Source of the DNA: Planctomycetota bacterium
GTDB lineage: Bacteria > Planctomycetota > PLA2 > JAEUHO01
DNA: 64,000 nucleotides
Direction of reading: 5' to 3'
Assembly: GCA_965223505.1 (NCBI GenBank)
Contig: CBDCWP010000044.1
Span: forward strand, 192,001 to 256,000
Part shown: positions 10,331-23,462 of the stretch, piece by piece
Layout: every line of letters begins with the position of its first letter
Position numbering within the stretch: position 1 is the first letter of the stretch
The notes under the pieces: generated by a model
The model's input: the letters and a program-made list of their open reading frames with translations, nothing else
Told to the model about the DNA's origin: nothing
Database searches by the model: none
Program-made: the position numbers and the translations under genes

Positions 10331-11665
10331 TTGGCGAACTTCGTCCAGCGCAAGCACCTCTCACGCCGAGCGTTTCTCGGCGGCGTGGGCGCCGCCGTCG
10401 CCCTGCCGTGGCTGGACGCGATGGTGCCGGCGTTCGCCGGTCCCAAGGACGAACGACGCCCGACGCGGGCCGTGTTCGTCTTCGCGCCGAACGGCAAGAA
10501 GATGGACGACTGGACCCCGCCCAACGAAGGGACCGGCTACACGCTGCCCTACCTGCTCGAGCCGCTGAAGCCGCACAAGAAGAGCGTGCTGGTGCTGACG
10601 GGCATGACCATCGACGGCGGCCGGGCCCATGGCGACGGCCCCGGCGACCACGCGCGCTCCGCGGCGTCCTTCCTGACGTGCGCGCATCCCGTGAAGACGG
10701 GCGGCGCGGACATCGAGGCGGGTGTCTCCATCGACCAGCGCATCGCTTCGCAGGTGGGCAAGGCGACCACGTTCCCGTCGCTCGAGCTCGGGATCGAAGG
10801 CGGGCGCTCGGGCGGCGTCTGCGACTCCGGCTACAGCTGCGCCTACAGCAACAACATCTCGTGGCGCACACCGAGCTTGCCGATGGCCAAGGAGACCAAG
10901 CCGCGGCTGGTGTTCGCGCGCCTCTTCGGCGACCCGAACTCCATGGAGAGCGAGAAGGAGCGGGCGAAGCGGCGCGCCGAGCAACGCAGCGTCCTCGACG
11001 CGGCGCTGGAAGACGCCAAGAAGCTCGCGGGAAAGCTCGGCAAGAAGGACCGCGCCAAGCTCGACGAGTACCTGACGGCCGTGCGCGAGCTCGAAGAGCG
11101 GCTCGGCAAGCAGACGAACGAAGAGGCCGACATCGAGGTGCCCGAAGGCCTGATGGACAGCGGTGGGTACGAGCACAAGCCGCGCTTGATGTACGACATC
11201 ATCGCGCTCGCCCTGCAGTCCGACATGACGCGCACGATCACGCTCATGCTGGGCAACGGCGGAAGCAATCGCTCGTATCGCTACATCGGCGTGCCCGAAG
11301 GCCATCACAACATCTCGCACCACGGCAACGAGACCGAGAAGCTCGAGGGCATTCGCAAGATCAACCGCTGGCACATGGAGCAGTTCGCGGCGTTCCTCGA
11401 TCGCATGGCGTCCATCGACGACGGCGGCAAGAGCCTGCTCGATCGTTCCCTCGTGCTGTACGGATCCGGGTTGAGCGACGGCAACAGGCACAACCACGAG
11501 GACCTGCCGGTGCTCGTCGCCGGAAAGGGCAACGGGAAGTGGCGGACGGGACGCCACGACAAGTTCCCCAAGGAAACACCGATGGCCAATCTCTACATGG
11601 CCATGCTGAAGCAGCTGGATCTTCCGGCCGATCCGTTCGCCGACGGCGACAAGCCGTTGTTCTAG
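10331..11665 (+). CDS. DUF1552 (HXXSHH) protein
   Basis: Tat-like SRRAFL..ALPWLDAM; CDSGYSCAYSNNISW; HHNISHH; usual partner of DUF1592. Confidence 0.9.
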   Translation: MANFVQRKHLSRRAFLGGVGAAVALPWLDAMVPAFAGPKDERRPTRAVFVFAPNGKKMDDWTPPNEGTGYTLPYLLEPLKPHKKSVLVLTGMTIDGGRAHGDGPGDHARSAASFLTCAHPVKTGGADIEAGVSIDQRIASQVGKATTFPSLELGIEGGRSGGVCDSGYSCAYSNNISWRTPSLPMAKETKPRLVFARLFGDPNSMESEKERAKRRAEQRSVLDAALEDAKKLAGKLGKKDRAKLDEYLTAVRELEERLGKQTNEEADIEVPEGLMDSGGYEHKPRLMYDIIALALQSDMTRTITLMLGNGGSNRSYRYIGVPEGHHNISHHGNETEKLEGIRKINRWHMEQFAAFLDRMASIDDGGKSLLDRSLVLYGSGLSDGNRHNHEDLPVLVAGKGNGKWRTGRHDKFPKETPMANLYMAMLKQLDLPADPFADGDKPLF

Positions 11666-11815
11666 CGATCGAAGGCCCGTAGCTCTGTTCGCATTCACGT
11701 CATGAAGAACAGCCCGGCGCTGCGGCTGTACGAGCGGCTGGGGTTTCGCGAGATCGACGACATCGGCACGCATCACTACATGGGCTGGAGCCCCGAACGT
11801 CCCGGCTCCGGTTGA
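11666..11815 (+). pseudogene. C-terminal fragment of a GNAT acetyltransferase
   Basis: Translation SVRIHVMKNSPALRLYERLGFREIDD resembles GNAT motif B; the N-terminal part is absent. Confidence 0.55.
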
Positions 11816-11874
11816 CGGCCGGTGACGCGCGATGGTGCAATGAGGATTCGTCCCCTTTGATCGGAGCGCGCACC

Positions 11875-15549
<3,675 letters not shown>

Positions 15550-15771
15550 CCAATCGTCGTTTCGTTCTGCAACGACTGCGTCGCAACTTGCAACAGCGAA
15601 CACGTGTTCGCGTCCGCGCCGATTCGACATGGTTGCCGGATATGAAGACAAAGCCATGCTCCGGTTCGTGAACGGTTCAGCTTCCACGATTGCACTTGCG
15701 CTGCACACACCCTCCCCCGGCAAGGCGACGTCCCCTCGCCTCGGAACGTGGATGTCGGGGGGCTGTGAAGC

Positions 15772-16206
15772 CTAGGCGCGCATGGCCTTGACCGCGGCGG
15801 CGACGTCCTTGCCCTCCACGGCGGCGCCCGCGCTCTTGAGGTGTTTCATCGCCACGCCCGTGGCCTGACCGTCGTTGCTGGCCGCCCTGATCGCGTCCGC
15901 AACCGGATCGAGCGCTGCGACGAGCGCGTCGCCGGACAACGTCTGCGGCAACAGCGACTTCAGGATCGCCGTCTCCTGCCGCAAGCGCTCTTTCCGCTCC
16001 TCGTCCTGGATGACGTCGAGCGACTCCTCGTTCGACTTGACCAGCTTGCGCAGGATCTTGGCGACGTCGCCGTCACTCAGGTCCTTGTTGTCGCGCGACT
16101 CCGCCGCCTGCACCTCGCCCAGCGCGACGCGCAAAATGTCCTTCTCGAGCTTCTCGCCCGCCTTCATGGCGGCGAGCATCCGGGCCTTCATCTCGTCCTT
16201 GAGCAT
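15772..16206 (-). CDS. yqeY: GatB/YqeY domain protein
   Basis: MLKDEMKARMLAAMKAGEK..ILR; ETAILKSLLPQTLS. Confidence 0.8.
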   Translation of the reverse strand: MLKDEMKARMLAAMKAGEKLEKDILRVALGEVQAAESRDNKDLSDGDVAKILRKLVKSNEESLDVIQDEERKERLRQETAILKSLLPQTLSGDALVAALDPVADAIRAASNDGQATGVAMKHLKSAGAAVEGKDVAAAVKAMRA

Positions 16207-16314
16207 GGTCCTCTCGCTTTCTGCGGCCGAAGCTAGCAACCCGGGCCGGGGCGTCCACGCTTGGACCCATCCACTGCCGATGCCGCTTCGGTACAGTGGG
16301 GGCGGGGGCCGCCC

Positions 16315-17598
16315 GTGCGTCTACTTCTCTTCGTCGTCTGTGTCTGTTGGTTGGCGTGCCGTCCCGCGACGGCCGATGACGGTGCGGAAGGGTTCCAGTT
16401 CGACGACGTCGAGCTCCTCCCGATGTCGGAGCACGAGTGGCAGCTGTTGCACAGCGAGAATCTCGAGCTCTTCGGACGTGTGGAAGCGGCCTATTACGAA
16501 CGTCAGGGGCTGCGCGAGCGACTTGCGGAAGACGGGGCGTCGGCGTGGCTACGGGCGGAGCTGAAGAACGCGGAGGCGGCCTGGCGTGAGCGCTACGCGG
16601 GCATGGTCGCGCTGCTCGCGAAGCACGGCGTCGCGGCGGACGCGTTCCGCCGGATCTGCGTCGCCCCGCGCGTCGTCGCGCGCGTCGAACGATTCGCGCA
16701 CGCACAGATCCTGGGGCTGCGTCTGACGGAAGCCCAACGCAGGCTGTTCGAGCGCGTGGTGCATGCGGTCGACGCCGCACACGTCGTGCTGAGCCGCCCG
16801 CCGCGCATCGCGGATGCGGGCACGATCGACGAGGACCGCGTCATCGAGTTGGTGCGGAACGCGAACGAGCATCGACGCTGGGAGATCGAGCACCGTATGT
16901 GGCGGCTGGTCGACTATCTGCTCGACGCCGAACAGAAACGCGCCCTGCGCGTTCGACTGCCGATGCGGTACCGCAACTGGGACGACCTCTTCGCCCACGC
17001 CGGGCAAATCCCGGGGCTCACCTTGGGGCAGGCCGCGCGGGTGCGCGCGGCGAAGGCGAGCTTCGAAGCCGACGTCGGGCCCGACGAAGCGCTCATCCCC
17101 AGGCTCGAGCGCGAGCTCGAGGGAGATGTGCCGGACGCGTCCCGGGAAGCCAAGGAGATCGAGCTGCATCAGGCGAACGTGCGGATCGCGCGGGCGCACC
17201 GGGACGCCCTGAAGCGCCTGCGCGCCATTCTGGGCGACGCGTTCTCGCGTCTGCTCGCGGTGCCGCCGCAGATCGCTCCGGAGGAACGCCGCGAGGAGCC
17301 GGCGTCGTTGTTCGCCGGCGTCGCGTTCGACGATGCGCAGATCGCGCGACTGGCGAAGATCAGCGCGGAGTTCCGCACGCTGCGCGAGCGCCACGAGCGC
17401 GCGCTTGCTGTGCTGGAGAGAGAGCTCGACGAAATCGGGCCCGACTCGCCGCAGATGCGCGCGATGGAGATGAAGCAGGCGGGAATGGCCGGTGAGCTGA
17501 ATCTGCAGATGTTGGTCCTGATGGGGGAAGTGTTCCGCGACGTGATGTCTCTCGATCAGGTCGTTGCTTGGGTCCTGCAAGCACCCGAGGAGGATTGA
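16315..17598 (+). CDS. Exported helical hypothetical protein
   Basis: Long ORF with signal peptide (VRLLLFVVCVCWLACRPATA); GC3-biased codons. Confidence 0.6.
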   Translation: MRLLLFVVCVCWLACRPATADDGAEGFQFDDVELLPMSEHEWQLLHSENLELFGRVEAAYYERQGLRERLAEDGASAWLRAELKNAEAAWRERYAGMVALLAKHGVAADAFRRICVAPRVVARVERFAHAQILGLRLTEAQRRLFERVVHAVDAAHVVLSRPPRIADAGTIDEDRVIELVRNANEHRRWEIEHRMWRLVDYLLDAEQKRALRVRLPMRYRNWDDLFAHAGQIPGLTLGQAARVRAAKASFEADVGPDEALIPRLERELEGDVPDASREAKEIELHQANVRIARAHRDALKRLRAILGDAFSRLLAVPPQIAPEERREEPASLFAGVAFDDAQIARLAKISAEFRTLRERHERALAVLERELDEIGPDSPQMRAMEMKQAGMAGELNLQMLVLMGEVFRDVMSLDQVVAWVLQAPEED

Positions 17599-17601
17599 CG
17601 G

Positions 17602-18382
17602 TTGGCACGCCTACGGCTGATTCACTGGAACGAAGCGGAGGCGAAACCGCGTATCGCGACGCTTCGCAAGGCCGGACACAGCGTGTCGCATGACGCGTCC
17701 TGGGGCGGCGCGTCGTTTCGCAAGATCCGCGAGCGGCCGCCGCAGGCGGTGGTGATCGACCTCACGCGGTTGCCGTCGCACGGTCGAGAGATCGCGATGA
17801 CGCTGCGTACGAGCAAGTCCACGCGGCACGTTCCGCTCGTGTTCGTCGACGGCGACCCGGCCAAGGTGCGGCGCATCCGTGATCTGCTGCCGGACGCGGC
17901 GTACACGACGTGGTCGCGCGTACGCGGAAGCATCACGAAGGCGATCGAGCATCCGCCGAAGAACCCCGTCGTTCCGTCGTCGAACCTGGCGGGCTACTCG
18001 GGCACGCCGCTTTCGAAGAAGCTCGGCAATCAAGTCCGGATGCGTCGTGGGGCTCGTCGGCGCCCCGCCCGGCTTCGAAGAGACGTTGGGCGCGCTCCCC
18101 CAACGACGTCACCCTGCGACGCTCGGCGCGCGGCACGCTCGACCCTCGTCATCTGGTTCGTGTCTTCCGCGTCCGAGCTGCGCAAGCGCGTGAAACGGAT
18201 GGGAGAGATCGCGGGCGGCGGCGGACTCTGGATCGCGTGGCCCAAGAAAGGCGTCGGGCGTTCGAAGCGATCTCGACGGCAACGTCGTTCGCAGGACGGG
18301 CCTCTCGTCGGGCCTCGTGGACTACAAAGTCTGTGCGATCGACGAGACGTGGTCCGGGCTGCGTTTCGCGAAGCGCAAGTAG
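17602..18382 (+). pseudogene. Receiver-like domain fused to DUF3052-like domain, broken by four +1 frameshifts (probably sequencing errors)
   Basis: AGYSGTPLSKKLG|IK, LWIAWPKK|ASGV, GLVDYKVCAIDETWSGLRF recovered by removing one base in each homopolymer near 18029, 18100, 18144 and 18249. Confidence 0.75.
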
Positions 18383-18442
18383 CGCTTGATCCTCCGAATC
18401 CGTACGCTACGCCGCTTCGACGTGCGCAACGGGAGGGGTCGC

Positions 18443-20275
18443 ATGACGGACGAGCACCGGGAGGACGAGGGCGGCATCGGCGAGGTGATCGAGGCCCCGG
18501 CGGACGGCGATCCGATCTACCGCCCGGCGCCGAACGAGCTCCAGCTCACCATTCGTGCCGTCGTGGTCGGCTGCGTGCTCGGCGCGCTCGTTTCGGCGAT
18601 GAACATCTACTTCGGTCTGCGAACGGGCTGGGGCATCGGCGGGTCGCTGATCGCCGCGATCCTCTCGTACGCCGCGTTCGCCACGTTCCGTCCGTCACGT
18701 GCGTTCACGCCGCTCGAGACCAACATCGCCCAGACGTCGGGATCGGCCGCGGGCTCCATGTCGTCCACGGCGGGCCTCATTGCCTGCATTCCGGCGCTCA
18801 CGATGCTGGGTTACGACTTCAGCTACATCGAGCTGACGCTGTGGGTGGCGTCGGTGGCTTGGCTCGGCGTGTTCTACGCCGTGCCGTTGCGCCGGCAGAT
18901 GGTCCTGTCCGAGAAGCTACGCTTCCCGACCGGGACCGCGACGGCCAACACGATCGTCGCCATGTTCGGCTCGGGCGCCGAGACGGTTCGCAAGGCCAAG
19001 GCGTTGTTGATCTGGGCGGTCATCGCGGGCCTCTACACGATCGGCGCGTACTTCATCCCGGACATGGAGTCCCCGCCGCTCGCGAAGTGGGCGCCGATGA
19101 TCTTCGCGGTTCCCGCGAGCTTCACCTTCTCGCTGATGGTGAGCCCGTTGCTTTGGGGCGCCGGCATCCTCGTCGGCATGCGCGTCTCGCTCTCGCTCGT
19201 CGGCGGCGCGATCGTCGCCTGGGCACTGCTGGTCCCGTTCGTCGAGAGCCAAGGGTGGGTTTCGTCGTCGCGGATGAGCTACGCCACCGGCGCGCGCGGT
19301 TGGATCCTCTGGCCGGGCGTCGCGATCATGGTCGCCGACGCGCTCACGAACCTCGCGTTGTCGTGGCGGAGCATCGTCGGCACGTTCAAGATGAAGCTCG
19401 GGGACGACGACGAGGGCGCGCTTGAGGATCCCGCGCAGGCCATTCCCAACAAGTGGTGGATCGGCGGGCTGACGATCGCCTCGATCCTGACGATCGTCAC
19501 GGTCTGGCTCGTGTTCGACATCTCTCCGATCCTCACGTTGATCGCGATCGTCATGTCGAGCGTGCTGGCGGCGATCGCGACACGATCCACGGGCGAGACC
19601 GACATCAACCCCATCGGCGGCATGGGCAAGGTGACCCAGCTCGTGTACGGCGGGCTCGCGCCGGGACAGATGGACACCAACCTGCTGGCCGCCGGCGTCA
19701 CCGGCGCCGGCGCGTCGCAGGCGGCCGACATGATGCAGGACTTGAAGACGGGCCATCTGCTCGGCGCATCGCCGCGCAAGCAGCTCATCGCGCAGCTTGC
19801 CGGCATCGCGTCCGGCGTCCTGTTGTGCGTGCCGATCTACCGGCTGCAGACGGATGCCTACACACTGGGCTCCGACAAGCTGCCTGCCCCCGCTGCCATG
19901 GCGTGGAAGGCGCTGGCCGAGGTGCTGGCCAAGGGCTTCGAGGCGCTACCGACCAACGCGGCGTGGGGGGTGCTCGGCGGCCTCATCGTCGGCATCGCCG
20001 TTCCGTTGCTGCGGCGCAAGTCCAAGCGGGCCCGCGCCGTCCTCCCGGTCGGGATCGCGTTCGGCATCGCGTTCATCATCCCGGCGTTCTACTCGCTGTG
20101 CTTCCTGTTCGGCGCCGTCGGGTACGCCATCTGGCGCAAGCTGAATCGTCCCGCGGCCGAGGCGCTCGGTTTCGCCGTGGCGTCGGGGCTCATTGCCGGC
20201 GAAGGACTGATGGGACTCGTCACCGCCGCAATGAAGCTGGCCGGTGTCGAGCCGCTGATTCCGCCGACGCACTGA
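18443..20275 (+). CDS. OPT-family oligopeptide transporter
   Basis: QLTIRAVVVG, ETNIAQT, LRFPTGTATA, ADMMQDLKTGHLLGASPRKQ, ASGLIAGEGL. Confidence 0.9.
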   Translation: MTDEHREDEGGIGEVIEAPADGDPIYRPAPNELQLTIRAVVVGCVLGALVSAMNIYFGLRTGWGIGGSLIAAILSYAAFATFRPSRAFTPLETNIAQTSGSAAGSMSSTAGLIACIPALTMLGYDFSYIELTLWVASVAWLGVFYAVPLRRQMVLSEKLRFPTGTATANTIVAMFGSGAETVRKAKALLIWAVIAGLYTIGAYFIPDMESPPLAKWAPMIFAVPASFTFSLMVSPLLWGAGILVGMRVSLSLVGGAIVAWALLVPFVESQGWVSSSRMSYATGARGWILWPGVAIMVADALTNLALSWRSIVGTFKMKLGDDDEGALEDPAQAIPNKWWIGGLTIASILTIVTVWLVFDISPILTLIAIVMSSVLAAIATRSTGETDINPIGGMGKVTQLVYGGLAPGQMDTNLLAAGVTGAGASQAADMMQDLKTGHLLGASPRKQLIAQLAGIASGVLLCVPIYRLQTDAYTLGSDKLPAPAAMAWKALAEVLAKGFEALPTNAAWGVLGGLIVGIAVPLLRRKSKRARAVLPVGIAFGIAFIIPAFYSLCFLFGAVGYAIWRKLNRPAAEALGFAVASGLIAGEGLMGLVTAAMKLAGVEPLIPPTH

Positions 20276-20383
20276 TCCTGCGCAACCTCCCGCAGGGTCG
20301 AGAGACCCGACTTTCGCCTCTCTCGCTGCTTTCGAGCGATCTCCGCTTGACGCGCCCATGTTTGGGATTATTTTCCCAAATAT

Positions 20384-21211
20384 ATGAGCGACCTCGGCCA
20401 GCTCCCGCATGCCGTCCGCCGGCTTCTTCGCCCGCTGGCAGGCATCCTGCTCGACCACGGCGTCCCGCACGCCGCGTTCGCGGAATGGGCCAAGCACGCG
20501 TACGTCGAGGAAGCGGAGCGGCGGGGCGGCGTGGGCGGCCGGAAGATCAGCGCGTCCCGGCTCTCCGTGGTCACGGGCCTCACGCGCAAGGACGTCGCGC
20601 GAATCCGCGCTCTTCCGGACGGAAGCGGCGGTGAAGCCGCGGCGCGCTATCACCGGGCGTCCCGGGTGGTCACCGCCTGGATACGGGAGCCGGCGTACAC
20701 GGACGGTGACGGGTGCCCGCGCGCGCTTCCGATCGAGGGGGCGGAGCCGAGCTTCGCGGCGCTCGTGCGTTCGTTCGCGGGCGACGTGCCGCACATCGCC
20801 ATGCTCGACGAGCTCGAGCGGGTCGGCACCGTGGAGCGCGTCGACGACGGCGACGTGCGCCTACTCGCGCGCGCCTACGTTCCGCGCCAGAGCGAGGACG
20901 ACAAGCTCGAGATCCTCGGCGCCGACGTCGCCGGGTTGATCGAGACGATCTCGCACAACCTCGACAACGAGGGCGCCGCGGCGCGCTTTCAGCGCAAGGT
21001 CTACTACGACAACATGCCCGAGGAGGCGCTGCCCGAGCTCAAGGCGCTCACGGCAAAGCACAGCCAGGCGCTGCTCGAGCTGCTCGATCGCTGGATGTCC
21101 AAGCACGATCGCGATGCGACCCCAAACGTGACCGGTACCGGGCGCAGGGGCGCCGGCATCGGCATCTACTACTTCGAGAACGATCTCGACGACGAGGAAT
21201 CGCAGTCATGA
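20384..21211 (+). CDS. DUF6502-family protein
   Basis: LLRPLAGILLDHGV, SRLSVVTGLTRKDV, FQRKVYY, GIGIYYFE; upstream of DUF5666 gene. Confidence 0.75.
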   Translation: MSDLGQLPHAVRRLLRPLAGILLDHGVPHAAFAEWAKHAYVEEAERRGGVGGRKISASRLSVVTGLTRKDVARIRALPDGSGGEAAARYHRASRVVTAWIREPAYTDGDGCPRALPIEGAEPSFAALVRSFAGDVPHIAMLDELERVGTVERVDDGDVRLLARAYVPRQSEDDKLEILGADVAGLIETISHNLDNEGAAARFQRKVYYDNMPEEALPELKALTAKHSQALLELLDRWMSKHDRDATPNVTGTGRRGAGIGIYYFENDLDDEESQS

Positions 21212-22638
21212 CTTACGTACGCCTTTCGAACCGGTTCTTGATCATCTGCTTCGCGCTCGTTGCCACCGCGTGCGGCGGCGGCGGCGCGGGACCGCAGCTC
21301 GGCGGCGGCGGCATCGGCGGCACCGGTCTTCGAATCGGGCCGATCGAGACACAGGGTGACGTCGTCGTCGACGGCGTGGACTTCGACGCGAGCGCCGCGG
21401 CGATCACGCTGAGCGGTCAAAGCGCGAACGCGGGCGACATGCAGCTCGGCATGATCGCGATCGTCCAAGGAACGATCAGCGGCAACGCCGGCACGGCGAC
21501 GACGGTCGCCGTCGAGGAGGTCGTCAAGGGCGAGGTCGAGGCGATCGTCGACGCCAGCACGATGACGGTGCAGGGCCAGACGGTTCACGTCGACGAGAAC
21601 ACCGTGTTCGGGCCGGGCATCAATCCCGCTTCGCTCGCGGGCATCGTCGTCACCAATTTGCTGGAGATCTACGGGTTCGTGAAGGGGCCCGGCACCGTCC
21701 TCGCCACGCGTGTCGAACGCGAGAACGCTCTCTCGGAGCTCCAGCTCGTCGGATTCGTCGAGAACCACAGCCTCGGAGCGCAGACGTTCACGGTCGGAGC
21801 GCAGGTCGTCGACTACAGCGGCGCCGACACGACGGATCTCCCGGGCGGCGTTCCGGCCAACGGGCAGCTGGTGAAGGTCGAGGGCCTCACCGCGCTCAGT
21901 CCGATGAACGAGCTCGTCGCGACCGAGGTGAAGCTCGAGGACAACGACGAGCTGAACGACGACGCAGACGACGCGGAGGTCGAGGGCGTCGTGACGCAGG
22001 TCGTCTCCCCGACGGAGTTCTTCATCGGCGCCCAGCGGGTGCAGACGACGGCGCAGACGGTCTTCGAAGGCGGCACGCCGGCGGATCTCGTCGTCGGCAT
22101 CCGAATCGACGTCGACGGCGTGCTGATGAACGGCACCCTGATCGCCGACGAGGTCGAGTTCGAAGAGGCGATCCGAATCGAGTCGGACATCGCGACGATC
22201 GTCGGCAACGACATCACCCTCGAGGGTTTTCCGGGCATCGTCGTCACGGTGGACGCATCGACGGTGTTCGAAGGAAATGCGGCCTCGTTCGGAGACGTGC
22301 AGGTGGGCGAGCACGTCGAGATTCGGGGTCGCAAGACCGGCGCGAGCAGTGTCGCGGCGGCGCGTGTCAAGGAAGAGAACGCGGACACCGATGTCGAGCT
22401 GCAAGGCCCCGTGGACGCGGCGCCGGCGCCGTCCGATCCGACGTTTTCGATTCTCGGCATCCTGATCGACACGACCGGGTTCCAGAACGACGACTTCGAG
22501 GGGGCCAACGACCAGGTCATCGGCCGCGCCGCGTTCTTCGCGGCCATCCAGGCCGGCACGCTCGTGAAGGTGCAGGGCGACCTCGTCGGCGGCAACCCGA
22601 TCTGGGACGAGGTCGAGCTGGAGGGCGAAGACGACTGA
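21208..22638 (+). CDS. DUF5666 repeat lipoprotein
   Basis: Lipobox ATAC-GGG; GGGIGGTG; repeated TVF..GxxVxVxG..AxxVE units; ATGA overlap with upstream gene. Confidence 0.8.
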   Translation: MTYVRLSNRFLIICFALVATACGGGGAGPQLGGGGIGGTGLRIGPIETQGDVVVDGVDFDASAAAITLSGQSANAGDMQLGMIAIVQGTISGNAGTATTVAVEEVVKGEVEAIVDASTMTVQGQTVHVDENTVFGPGINPASLAGIVVTNLLEIYGFVKGPGTVLATRVERENALSELQLVGFVENHSLGAQTFTVGAQVVDYSGADTTDLPGGVPANGQLVKVEGLTALSPMNELVATEVKLEDNDELNDDADDAEVEGVVTQVVSPTEFFIGAQRVQTTAQTVFEGGTPADLVVGIRIDVDGVLMNGTLIADEVEFEEAIRIESDIATIVGNDITLEGFPGIVVTVDASTVFEGNAASFGDVQVGEHVEIRGRKTGASSVAAARVKEENADTDVELQGPVDAAPAPSDPTFSILGILIDTTGFQNDDFEGANDQVIGRAAFFAAIQAGTLVKVQGDLVGGNPIWDEVELEGEDD

Positions 22639-22690
22639 TCGATGGGCGTTGCCGACGCGGATCTTCGAGCGGAGCCGTAGAATCCGGCGC

Positions 22691-23422
22691 ATGACCTGGT
22701 TCGAGGACTTCTTCCAAGGCGTCTGGTTCGACATCCAGCGGGCGCGCTACCCGGGCGACAGCGCAAAGGACATCGCGGCGAACATGTGCTCGCTTCTCGA
22801 CATCGAGGCGGGGACCGCCGTGCTCGACGTGCCCGTCGGGACCGGGATCATCGCTCTCGAGCTCGTCGCGCGCGGCGCCTCCGTGACGGGGGTCGATCTG
22901 AGTCGTGAAGCGCTCGACGTAGCGCGCGCGCAGGCCCACGAGCGCGGCCTGGCCCTCGCGCTTCACTGCCGCGACATGCGGGACCTTCCGTTCGAGTCTG
23001 CGTTCGACGTAGCGATCAACTACTGGGGCAGCTTCGGCTACTTCGACGACGAGGGCGACGATGCGTTCGCCCGCGCCGTGTACGAGGCGCTCAAGCCGGG
23101 CGGCCGGTTCCTGATCGAGGTGCCCTCCGCCGAGACGATCTACCCCGGCTTCAAGGCGTCCGACGAGTCGACCATCGGCGACATCCGCGTTCGCGAGGAA
23201 CGGACCCTGGATCTGGTGACGGGACGCGTGCGGGACGAGTGGACCTTCACGAAGGAGGGCCGCCCGCCGGAGACGCGCGTCACCGACATTCGCGTCTACA
23301 GCTGCGCCGAGCTGTGCGCGCTGCTGCGCCGCGTGGGATTCACCTCGTTCGCGCCCTACGCGACGCTGACGGGCCGTCCGTTCGAGATCGGCGCGCGCCT
23401 GAATCTCGTCGCGACCCGGTAG
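22691..23422 (+). CDS. Class I SAM-dependent methyltransferase
   Basis: VLDVPVGTG, GVDLS, DMRDL, SFGYF, LKPGGRF. Confidence 0.9.
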   Translation: MTWFEDFFQGVWFDIQRARYPGDSAKDIAANMCSLLDIEAGTAVLDVPVGTGIIALELVARGASVTGVDLSREALDVARAQAHERGLALALHCRDMRDLPFESAFDVAINYWGSFGYFDDEGDDAFARAVYEALKPGGRFLIEVPSAETIYPGFKASDESTIGDIRVREERTLDLVTGRVRDEWTFTKEGRPPETRVTDIRVYSCAELCALLRRVGFTSFAPYATLTGRPFEIGARLNLVATR

Positions 23423-23462
23423 GACCTGGCGGCCGCCCGCGAGGAACGGCGCCGGCCGCGGT

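Noticed and set aside
17596..17604. TGA followed in frame by the next ORF (16315-17598 into 17602)
   Set aside because: No Cys-type motif; an exported protein and a cytoplasmic protein; the second has its own GAGGA RBS and TTG start
17602..19425. 607-aa ORF in the track
   Set aside because: Artefact of frameshifts; after about 18250 it runs out of frame across the OPT gene
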